Assembly (NCBI GenBank): GCA_963663545.1
Contig: OY760505.1
Location: 2,304,001-2,368,000 of the forward strand
DNA: 64,000 nt
Direction of reading: 5' to 3'
Origin: Candidatus Delongbacteria bacterium
GTDB taxonomy: Bacteria; CAIWAD01
Position 1 is the first letter of the stretch. Every line of letters begins with the position of its first letter. The translations under genes were made by a program, and so were the position numbers. The notes under the pieces were generated by a model that was not told the origin of the DNA, searched no databases, and saw only the letters and a list, made by a program, of their open reading frames with translations. This document shows, piece by piece, positions 17,929-25,751 of this stretch.

Positions 17929-20184
17929 ATGAACCTCAAATGCTCCCTGTTGATCGGGTTGGTGGCACTATTGGTGTTGGGTGGCTGCGGCAAGCGTGAT
18001 ACACGTACCGTTGTGACACTCTGGCATCAGATGGTGCCCGCCGAGCGTGTGATTCTGGACGATCTGATCCAGGACTTCCAGGCCCAGCATCCCGATATCC
18101 GCGTACGCGCGCTCTACAAGGAAACGGAAGAGTTGCGCAGTGGCTTCCAGGCTGCTGCACTGGCGGGCTCCGGGCCGGAGCTGGTCTATGGCCCTTCCGA
18201 CGTGATCGGCCCCTTCCAGACCATGGGCATCATTCGAGACATGACGCCGTGGTTTCAGGAGGACCTGCAGCAGAACTTCGTCGAGGGCACGCTGACCAAG
18301 CTACCGCCCCGTCAGGGCGGAGAGCCAGGCGAAATGCAGCTTTTGCAAGTGGGCGACCGCCTGGGCAATCATCTGGCTTTGGTCTGCAACGGCAATTTTG
18401 TGCAGCAGGCACCGCGTACGACAGCCGAGTTCATCGAGCTGGCCAGGGCCAACACCATCGACGAGGACGGCGACGGTCGCATTGACCGTTACGGTCTGGT
18501 GTGGAACTACACCGAGCCATTTTTCGTGATTCCCTTCCTGACCGGCTACGGGAGCTGGCTTTTTGACGAGAATGATCCTTCGCAAACCACGCCGGATCTG
18601 GACAATCCCGAAGCCGTCGCCGCCTACAAGTTCATCCTCGAATTGCGTGATACATATCGCGTAATACCTCCCAACGCCGATTACGAGCTGGCGGATGGTC
18701 TCTTCAAAGAGGGCCGTGCCGCCATGCTGATCAACGGCGACTGGAGCTGGGGTGACTACCTGGCCCGCGAGGACCTGAAAGCCTTTATCGCGCCGCTACC
18801 CGTTGTCGATGCCACCGGCATTCCGATGGGACCCATGGTGGCCAGCAAGGGCTATAGCCTTAATGGCAACTCCAGCCAGACACAGGCCGATGCCGCCATG
18901 GAATTTGTGCGCTTCATGGTCTCACCAACCAGCGAGCGTCGCTTTATGGCTGAGCTGAAGACAGTGCCTTCGCGCAAGGAGCTGCTGGACGATCCGCTGC
19001 TGGACGAGGACCCGACGTTAAAAGCCAGCGTGATACAGATGCAGAATGGACGCATGATGCCTGTGGTAGCCGAGTTGCGCGCTATCTGGGATACGATGCG
19101 CCCGCAGTATCAGGCGCTGCTGGGCGGTTCCATTACTCCCGAGGAAGCCGCTGCCAACATGCAGATTGAGGCGCAGAAGAGTATCACGCGCATGAACCAG
19201 GAACTGAAGCCGACGGCCTTTGCACAAGTGTTCAAAGGGCTGATGGTGTTGGCGCTGGTCGGCGTGCTCGTCTGGAAACGCAAGGTGTTTGGCGAGTTTC
19301 TGCGTGACTGGAAGCGCAACCGCATGGCCTATCTGCTGGTGATACCAAGTTTCCTGGTCATCGCACTAACCATTGTATTCCCCTTCTGCTACAACGTTGT
19401 CCTCTCGCTCTCCAACATGAGTTTGCGCCATTTTCAGGATTGGCAGATCATCGGACTGCAGAACTATGTGCAGGTCTTCCGCGAGGGCATCTTTTGGAGT
19501 GTACTGCTGAAGACGGTCATCTGGACGCTGATCAACGTTGTCTTCCATGTGGGCATCGGTGTCTTTCTGGCGATCATCATCAACGGGCCAGTCAAGGGCA
19601 AGAGCATCTATCGCGTACTGCTGATCATCCCCTGGGCTGTTCCCGCCTACATCACGGCGCTGACCTGGCGCGGCATGTTCGATTACGAATACGGCGCGGT
19701 CAACCTCATCGCCAGTCAGGTGTTCAATCTGCCCATGACCAATTGGCTGGGTGATCCTTTCTGGGCCTTTGTCGCCTGCATCATTACGAATGTCTGGCTC
19801 GGTTTCCCCTTCATGATGGTGATCGCGCTGGGCGGTCTGCAGGCCATTCCGCAGGAGCTTTACGAGGCCGCGCGCGTGGACGGCGCATCGCGCTGGACGC
19901 AGTTCACCAAGATCACCTTGCCGCTGCTCAAGCCGGTGATGCTGCCGGCCGTGACACTCGGCACGGTGTGGACCTTCAATCAGCTCAACGTGATGTGGCT
20001 GGTGTCCAACGGCGGCGAACCCTCCGACAAGACGCACATCCTTGTGTCCTACGTGTACAAGGCGGTCTTCAACCTCTACCAATACGGCTACGGTGCGGCC
20101 CTCTCGATGGTGATCTTCTTCATTCTGCTCGCCTTCTCGATCACCTTCCTCTGGCGAACCAAGGCAACCAAGGCCGTGTACTAG
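17929..20184 (+). CDS. Fused sugar-binding lipoprotein (MalE-like) + MalF-like ABC permease
   Basis: Lipobox LGGC, SBP motifs (FKEGRAAMLINGDW), then TM region with EAA motif ELYEAARVDGA, all in one ORF. Confidence 0.9.
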   Translation: MNLKCSLLIGLVALLVLGGCGKRDTRTVVTLWHQMVPAERVILDDLIQDFQAQHPDIRVRALYKETEELRSGFQAAALAGSGPELVYGPSDVIGPFQTMGIIRDMTPWFQEDLQQNFVEGTLTKLPPRQGGEPGEMQLLQVGDRLGNHLALVCNGNFVQQAPRTTAEFIELARANTIDEDGDGRIDRYGLVWNYTEPFFVIPFLTGYGSWLFDENDPSQTTPDLDNPEAVAAYKFILELRDTYRVIPPNADYELADGLFKEGRAAMLINGDWSWGDYLAREDLKAFIAPLPVVDATGIPMGPMVASKGYSLNGNSSQTQADAAMEFVRFMVSPTSERRFMAELKTVPSRKELLDDPLLDEDPTLKASVIQMQNGRMMPVVAELRAIWDTMRPQYQALLGGSITPEEAAANMQIEAQKSITRMNQELKPTAFAQVFKGLMVLALVGVLVWKRKVFGEFLRDWKRNRMAYLLVIPSFLVIALTIVFPFCYNVVLSLSNMSLRHFQDWQIIGLQNYVQVFREGIFWSVLLKTVIWTLINVVFHVGIGVFLAIIINGPVKGKSIYRVLLIIPWAVPAYITALTWRGMFDYEYGAVNLIASQVFNLPMTNWLGDPFWAFVACIITNVWLGFPFMMVIALGGLQAIPQELYEAARVDGASRWTQFTKITLPLLKPVMLPAVTLGTVWTFNQLNVMWLVSNGGEPSDKTHILVSYVYKAVFNLYQYGYGAALSMVIFFILLAFSITFLWRTKATKAVY

Positions 20185-20193
20185 GGAGGCACC

Positions 20194-21024
20194 ATGAAAG
20201 AGTCAAAACTGCTGACCCTCGTGAGACATCTGGTGCTGATCGTGTTCAGTCTGATCTCGATCTATCCCGTGCTCAACGTCATCTCCATTTCGCTGCGTCC
20301 CGGTGACCGGCTGCGCAGTACGGATCTGTCCGTGATACCCGATGGCGCCTGCTTCGACAGCTACATCGCGCTGTTCACGGAGCATCCCTTCTTGACCTGG
20401 ATGTGGAACTCGCTTTTCGTGACCCTCGTCGTGACCGCTACAGGTGTGGCGCTGGCAGCCGTGGGCGGCTATGCTTTCAGCCGCTTCAAGTTTGTCGGCC
20501 GTGATGCAGGCATGCTTGCGCTGATGACCACGCAGATGTTTCCTGCGACCATGCTGCTGCTGCCTTTGTACATCATGGTGGCCAAACTGCATCTGGTGAA
20601 CACCTTCCTTGGCCTGATGATTCTCTACTCGGCGACTGCGCTTCCCTTCTGTCTTTGGCAGATGAAGGGCTATTACGACACCATTCCCGGCTCGCTGGAA
20701 GAGGCCGCGCGCATCGACGGCTGCAACCGTTGGCAAGCCTTTTACAAGGTGATCCTTCCGCTGGCCAGCCCTGCGCTGGTAATCACCGCGCTTTTCTCTT
20801 TCATGGCCGCATGGTCGGAATACATCGTGGCAGCACAAATCCTGCAAGAGAAGGAAATGTTCACGCTGCCGCTGGGACTCAAGTCCTTCCAGGCTTCCAT
20901 GTCAACGCAGTGGGGCTTGTATGCCGCGGCCAGTCTGTTGGTAAGCGTTCCGGTAGTTGTGGTGTTCATCTCTCTCAGCCGCTACCTGGTTTCCGGTCTG
21001 ACGCTGGGTTCGGTCAAGGAGTAG
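20194..21024 (+). CDS. malG: Maltose/maltodextrin-type ABC permease MalG
   Basis: YAFSRFKF.GR, QMFP, MKGYYDTIPGSLEEAARIDG. Confidence 0.85.
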   Translation: MKESKLLTLVRHLVLIVFSLISIYPVLNVISISLRPGDRLRSTDLSVIPDGACFDSYIALFTEHPFLTWMWNSLFVTLVVTATGVALAAVGGYAFSRFKFVGRDAGMLALMTTQMFPATMLLLPLYIMVAKLHLVNTFLGLMILYSATALPFCLWQMKGYYDTIPGSLEEAARIDGCNRWQAFYKVILPLASPALVITALFSFMAAWSEYIVAAQILQEKEMFTLPLGLKSFQASMSTQWGLYAAASLLVSVPVVVVFISLSRYLVSGLTLGSVKE

Positions 21025-21027
21025 GCA

Positions 21028-21981
21028 ATGCCTGTATCACATGCGATAGGTGTCGACATTGGCGGCACGAGCTTGCGCTGCTCATTGATGGATGCGTCTG
21101 GCGAGGTCGTCTGGCACTTGAAAGAGGACAACCGTGGACAGCGGGATCGTGATACATTGCTGGAACAGTTGTGTCACATGTTGGACCAGGCACGCGAAGC
21201 TGCAGGCGGAAAACGTGTGCCTATCGGAATCTGCGTGCCGGGCTTTGTGGATTACGATGTGCAGACTCTGGGCACAGTGTTCAATGTTCCGGTGTTACAA
21301 GGATGGCCTCTTCGCGAGGAGCTGCAGCGTCGCTATCAAGTGCCCGTGCTGCTGGACAATGACGCCAACATGGCTGTTCTGGCGGAGGCGCGATTTGGCG
21401 CAGCGCGAGGACTGCGACACCTGATCTACATCACCATCAGCACCAGTATCGGCGCGGGGCTTGTCCTGAACGGCCAAGTCTACCGTGGCAAGAACGGCCT
21501 CGCGGGGGAAATCGGACACTTGGCAATGGACATGGGGCCGGTGCGCTGCTACGAATGCAAAACCAATTACAGCTGCCTGACCACCTGGTCTTCCGGCAAC
21601 GGGCTTGCCTTCCGAGCGCAAGGGGCAAAGGATCACACAACCTCCTTGGCTGCGCTCGAAAACGTTGATGCGCGAGCCGTCTGCCTGGCCGCTGGTGAAG
21701 GCGATGAGTTCGCGCTGAGTATTCTGCAGAACGCATCTCGAGCGCTCGGGCGAACCATCACCAATTTGCAGCACACGCTCAGTTTCGAAATGATCATTTT
21801 TGGTGGCAGCGTGATACAACACTGCGACATGTATTGGGATCTGTTTCGTGACGAATTGAACGACTGTCTTCACCCTTCGTTCAAGGATGGACTTCGACTG
21901 GTTCGCACGGGATTGGGTGATGGTATCGGCGCCATGGGAGCGGCTGCACTGGCAATGGAAGAAGAGGAGCGGGACCGATGA
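21028..21981 (+). CDS. ROK family sugar kinase (glucokinase-like)
   Basis: GVDIGGT, DNDANMA.LAE, GLAGEIGH, Cys-containing zinc motif; no N-terminal HTH. Confidence 0.9.
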   Translation: MPVSHAIGVDIGGTSLRCSLMDASGEVVWHLKEDNRGQRDRDTLLEQLCHMLDQAREAAGGKRVPIGICVPGFVDYDVQTLGTVFNVPVLQGWPLREELQRRYQVPVLLDNDANMAVLAEARFGAARGLRHLIYITISTSIGAGLVLNGQVYRGKNGLAGEIGHLAMDMGPVRCYECKTNYSCLTTWSSGNGLAFRAQGAKDHTTSLAALENVDARAVCLAAGEGDEFALSILQNASRALGRTITNLQHTLSFEMIIFGGSVIQHCDMYWDLFRDELNDCLHPSFKDGLRLVRTGLGDGIGAMGAAALAMEEEERDR

Positions 21982-23009
21982 TCTACAATTCTCTCCTGAA
22001 GGGAAACATGGTCACGGAGGAAGTGGACAGTCGTCTGCTGCAAGATAATCCGCTGGGTGATACACACTGTCGTCGCGTGCCTGTGTATCTTCCGCCAGGG
22101 TATCACAATGGAGATCAGCGTTATCCGACGCTGTATCTGCTGACAGGGTTGTTTGGCACGGGGAGCGCCTGGCTCAACTTTCGCGCCTTTGAGGAAAACG
22201 TGATACAAATCGTCGATCGTCTGATCAGTGATGGTTCCATTCCTCCTTGCATGCTTGTCTTTCCAGATTGCTTTACCCGCTACGGGGGGAGCCAGTACAT
22301 CAATTCCTCGGGAACCGGCGCGTACATGTCTCACATTGTCGAGGAGCTTGTGCCGCAGATAGACGCTCACTACCGCACACTGGCCGAGAACCGCTTTCGT
22401 GCTGTCGTGGGTAAGTCCTCGGGTGGGTTCGGTGCTCTGCGACTTGGCATGAGTCACGCCGAGCTTTTTGCACATGTGGCTTCATCAGCTGGCGATTTGC
22501 ACTTCGCCGTTACTTGCTTACCGGAAATTGCGCGCTTTCCTTTTGCCATAGAGCGGCTTGGCGGCTTGGACGCCTTCTTGCAGTCGATCGGGGAGTTGCG
22601 TCAGCTGAAGGCCGATCACGCCAATGCATTGAACGTAGTGGCCCTTTCGGCCTGCTATTCACCTGCGCCCGAAGAGGAGTGTGGTTTTGAGCTGCCCGTT
22701 CACTTGCACAGCGGCGAACTGAATGACGAAGTCTTTGCCCGGTGGCTGATGCAGGATCCGGTGGTTCGTATCACGCGCTTTGACCGTGAATTGGATGCCC
22801 TTGCCGGTTTGGACACACTCTATGTTGAGGCAGGAACCCGCGACGAGTATCACGCCGATCTTGGCGCTCGCGTGTTCTGTTCGCGCCTGCGGGCGCGCGG
22901 TGTGAGTGTGATACAACAGGAGTTCGATGGCGGCCATTTCGGTACAACCTGGCGCTATGAGCACATTTTGCCGTTCCTGCTGAACAGGATGCCTTTGCAG
23001 GAGCTCTGA
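21978..23009 (+). CDS. Alpha/beta-hydrolase esterase (Fes-like)
   Basis: VYLPPGY, GKSSGG nucleophile elbow, FDGGH. Confidence 0.85.
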   Translation: MIYNSLLKGNMVTEEVDSRLLQDNPLGDTHCRRVPVYLPPGYHNGDQRYPTLYLLTGLFGTGSAWLNFRAFEENVIQIVDRLISDGSIPPCMLVFPDCFTRYGGSQYINSSGTGAYMSHIVEELVPQIDAHYRTLAENRFRAVVGKSSGGFGALRLGMSHAELFAHVASSAGDLHFAVTCLPEIARFPFAIERLGGLDAFLQSIGELRQLKADHANALNVVALSACYSPAPEEECGFELPVHLHSGELNDEVFARWLMQDPVVRITRFDRELDALAGLDTLYVEAGTRDEYHADLGARVFCSRLRARGVSVIQQEFDGGHFGTTWRYEHILPFLLNRMPLQEL

Positions 23010-24019
23010 TGACAAGTAACCGCGCCCGCTGGTGGAAACCTGTGCAGGTAGATCGATTGATCTGCGGACTTTGTCCGCGTGCTTGCAAACTGGATCCCGG
23101 TGAGCGCGGCTTTTGCTTCGTTAGACGCAATCTACATGGGGAGCTGCGCACCGAGAGCTATGGAGCCGTCTCCAGCCTGGCGATTGATCCCATTGAGAAA
23201 AAACCCTTGTATCACCTGCTTCCTGGAAGTGATGTGCTCTCGATGGGTGCGATTGGATGCAATCTGAATTGCGCCTTTTGTCAGAATCATCAGATCAGCC
23301 GTGCCTCATCTACCCATCTTCTGCGAAAGATCAGTGCTGAGGAAATCGTGCGCGGCGCACGCGAGCAATCATGCGAGAGCATTGCTTTTACATACAACGA
23401 GCCCGTGGTTGCTGGCGAATTCGTTTGTGATGTGTCTGCTCTGGCTCACGAGGCCGGTTTGTACAACGTCATGGTTAGCAACGGTTATGTAACACGCCAT
23501 GCCGCTCGTGATCTCTTTCGGCACATCGATGCAGTTAATGTCGATCTGAAGGCCTTTCGCGAAGAGTTCTACAAGCGCCTATGTGATGCAAAACTCTCAC
23601 CCGTATTGCGACTGCTGCAGTACTTGCGGGCCGAGACGAAGGTCTGGGTTGAGTTGACGCATCTTGTGATACCTGGTGAAAACGACAGCGAAGAGGATAT
23701 GCATCGACTAGCCGCCTGGGTAGCAAGAGAAATGGGCCCGGGAACGCCTTTGCATTTGAGTGCCTTCTATCCGACACACAGGATGAAACATGTTCCGGCA
23801 ACGCCAGAGGAGCTGATTCACAGATTAGTCGATGTGGCGCGTGCGGAGGGACTGCAGTTTGTCTATCCAGGTAATGTTCCGGAAAGTCGCAGCGGTGATA
23901 CACGCTGTCCTGTTTGTGCGACAACGCTGATCGAACGTTCGCGCATGGGTTTGCGTCATGCAGTGCTCAAGAGCGGACGATGCCCGATATGTGATACAGC
24001 AATTCCGGGAATCTGGTGA
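23009..24019 (+). CDS. amrS: AmmeMemoRadiSam system radical SAM enzyme
   Basis: CGLCPRAC..G.C.VR, DPIEKKPLYH, CNLNCAFCQN, FTYNEP. Confidence 0.9.
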   Translation: MTSNRARWWKPVQVDRLICGLCPRACKLDPGERGFCFVRRNLHGELRTESYGAVSSLAIDPIEKKPLYHLLPGSDVLSMGAIGCNLNCAFCQNHQISRASSTHLLRKISAEEIVRGAREQSCESIAFTYNEPVVAGEFVCDVSALAHEAGLYNVMVSNGYVTRHAARDLFRHIDAVNVDLKAFREEFYKRLCDAKLSPVLRLLQYLRAETKVWVELTHLVIPGENDSEEDMHRLAAWVAREMGPGTPLHLSAFYPTHRMKHVPATPEELIHRLVDVARAEGLQFVYPGNVPESRSGDTRCPVCATTLIERSRMGLRHAVLKSGRCPICDTAIPGIW

Positions 24020-24122
24020 CACTCTCGGCGTAAGATTGTGTAGGGAAGAACAAGAGCGCTGTTGCGAGAGCTTTGTTTGAGCCATATTAAAGCCAGAAGA
24101 CGTTCCAGCAGTGGTGGTTGTC

Positions 24123-24710
24123 ATGTCGCGAAAGCTCAAGCCTACTCACATCACAGTGCGCCGACAGATTCTGGTGGATGCTCCACAGGAAACCGTCTGG
24201 AAAATTCTGACCGATATGCTGCACTGGGAAGACTGGCATCCAGATGTGTCACGTGTCAAGCAGCTTGGGCCTTTGACGGTGGGTACACGCTTTCGTTGGC
24301 GTCATATGGGCGCTGCCATTAGCAGTGAAATCCGGGCCTGGCTACCCCCATGGCGCTTCGGCTGGTCCAGTGAAACACGCGCCTTACGGGCGGCCCACGA
24401 TTGGCGTATCTACCGCCAGACAAATGGGCTTGTCCGCGTACTGAGCATGGAAGATGTTGTCGGCTGGACGGTGCGACATTTTCCCGAGCGGATGGAAAAG
24501 AAGGTGGGCGCAGCTCTGGATCTGTGGCTGGCTCTGATCAAAAGCAATGCCGAGAAGCAGGCCCGCGCAGCCGGTATTCCTCCTGTTGGAAAACTTGGGC
24601 ACAGCGATATCATTCCAGAGGAGCAGCCTGAGGAAACTCCGGGAGAGGAAGTAACAGCAGAAGAGACGGCAGAGCAGGAACATGCGGTGTCAAGTCCCGG
24701 GCAGGAGTAA
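24123..24710 (+). CDS. SRPBCC/START-like protein with acidic tail
   Basis: I.VDAPQETVWKILTD...WEDWHPDV. Confidence 0.8.
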   Translation: MSRKLKPTHITVRRQILVDAPQETVWKILTDMLHWEDWHPDVSRVKQLGPLTVGTRFRWRHMGAAISSEIRAWLPPWRFGWSSETRALRAAHDWRIYRQTNGLVRVLSMEDVVGWTVRHFPERMEKKVGAALDLWLALIKSNAEKQARAAGIPPVGKLGHSDIIPEEQPEETPGEEVTAEETAEQEHAVSSPGQE

Positions 24711-24713
24711 GTA

Positions 24714-25673
24714 ATGACAGCACACAATGCCGTGATACACGATTTGTGGCTGGACGGCCATGGTGGTGTTATGCCCGCAGACGGTGACAAAGGCATCGAA
24801 CACTATTGCCGCTGGGTGCATCTGGATTACAGCAAGCGTGGTCTTGGTACTCACTTGCGCGGGATTGGCGTACACAATGACGTGATACACGCCATGAAGA
24901 TTGAGGAGACCCGTCCACGCTGCACTACCCTTGCTGGGGGTACGCTGTTGATACTGCGCGGCGTTAATCTCAATCCCGGGGCGCAGCCGGATGATATGGT
25001 CAGTTTGCGCTGCTGGACAGATGGGCGTCTGCTGGTGACTTCACGCCATCGCGAGCTTCTCTCCATACGCGATATTCGTGATACACTGATTTCGGCCAAA
25101 GGTCCGCGCTGCGTTGGTGGATTGTTGGCTGCCATTGTCGAGCGCTTGACGGAGCGCAAGTCTGAAGTTATGGAAGCGATTGCCGATGAAGCTGTGCAGC
25201 TCGAGGAGGACGTCCTGGAGGAGAAGGGACAGGATGTTCGGCAGCCGTTGCTCGCATTGCGCCGACGTCTGATTATTCTGCGTCGCTATCTGGCACCGCA
25301 GCGTGACGCTCTGGCCAGACTGCAGCTGGACTCTCCTGCCTGGCTGGAAGCGGGAGATATGCTGCTCGTCCGTGAGTCCGCAGATCGACTGGTACGATTT
25401 GTTGAGGATCTGGATTCTCTGCGAGAACGCTTGGCTGTGATTCAGGAAGAATACCTGGGGCGTCATAACGAGCTCTTGAACCAGCGCATGTACATGCTGG
25501 CCGTGTTCACCATGATCTTTCTTCCCCTTGGCTTTCTGACCGGTTTGCTGGGCGTCAACCTGAATGGAATACCCTTTGCCGAGAGAGGATTTGCTTTCCC
25601 GCTGTTCTTCGGACTGTTGTGTGTTTTAGTGGTGATACAAACCATCGTCCTCTGGCGCAGAAAGTGGTTCTGA
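24714..25673 (+). CDS. zntB: ZntB/CorA family cation transporter
   Basis: WVHLD, ETRPR, LRGVNLNPG..P.DMVSLR, FLTGLLGVN. Confidence 0.9.
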   Translation: MTAHNAVIHDLWLDGHGGVMPADGDKGIEHYCRWVHLDYSKRGLGTHLRGIGVHNDVIHAMKIEETRPRCTTLAGGTLLILRGVNLNPGAQPDDMVSLRCWTDGRLLVTSRHRELLSIRDIRDTLISAKGPRCVGGLLAAIVERLTERKSEVMEAIADEAVQLEEDVLEEKGQDVRQPLLALRRRLIILRRYLAPQRDALARLQLDSPAWLEAGDMLLVRESADRLVRFVEDLDSLRERLAVIQEEYLGRHNELLNQRMYMLAVFTMIFLPLGFLTGLLGVNLNGIPFAERGFAFPLFFGLLCVLVVIQTIVLWRRKWF

Positions 25674-25692
25674 TTCTATGTGATACAACGAG

Positions 25693-25732
25693 AAAAAGCC
25701 CGTGTCGGACATGAGTTGACACGGGCTGTTTT
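25693..25732. terminator. Bidirectional intrinsic terminator
   Basis: aaaa-agcccgtgtc...gacacgggct-gtttt between convergent genes. Confidence 0.8.
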
Positions 25733-25751
25733 GTCTATGATGTTCTGGCGA

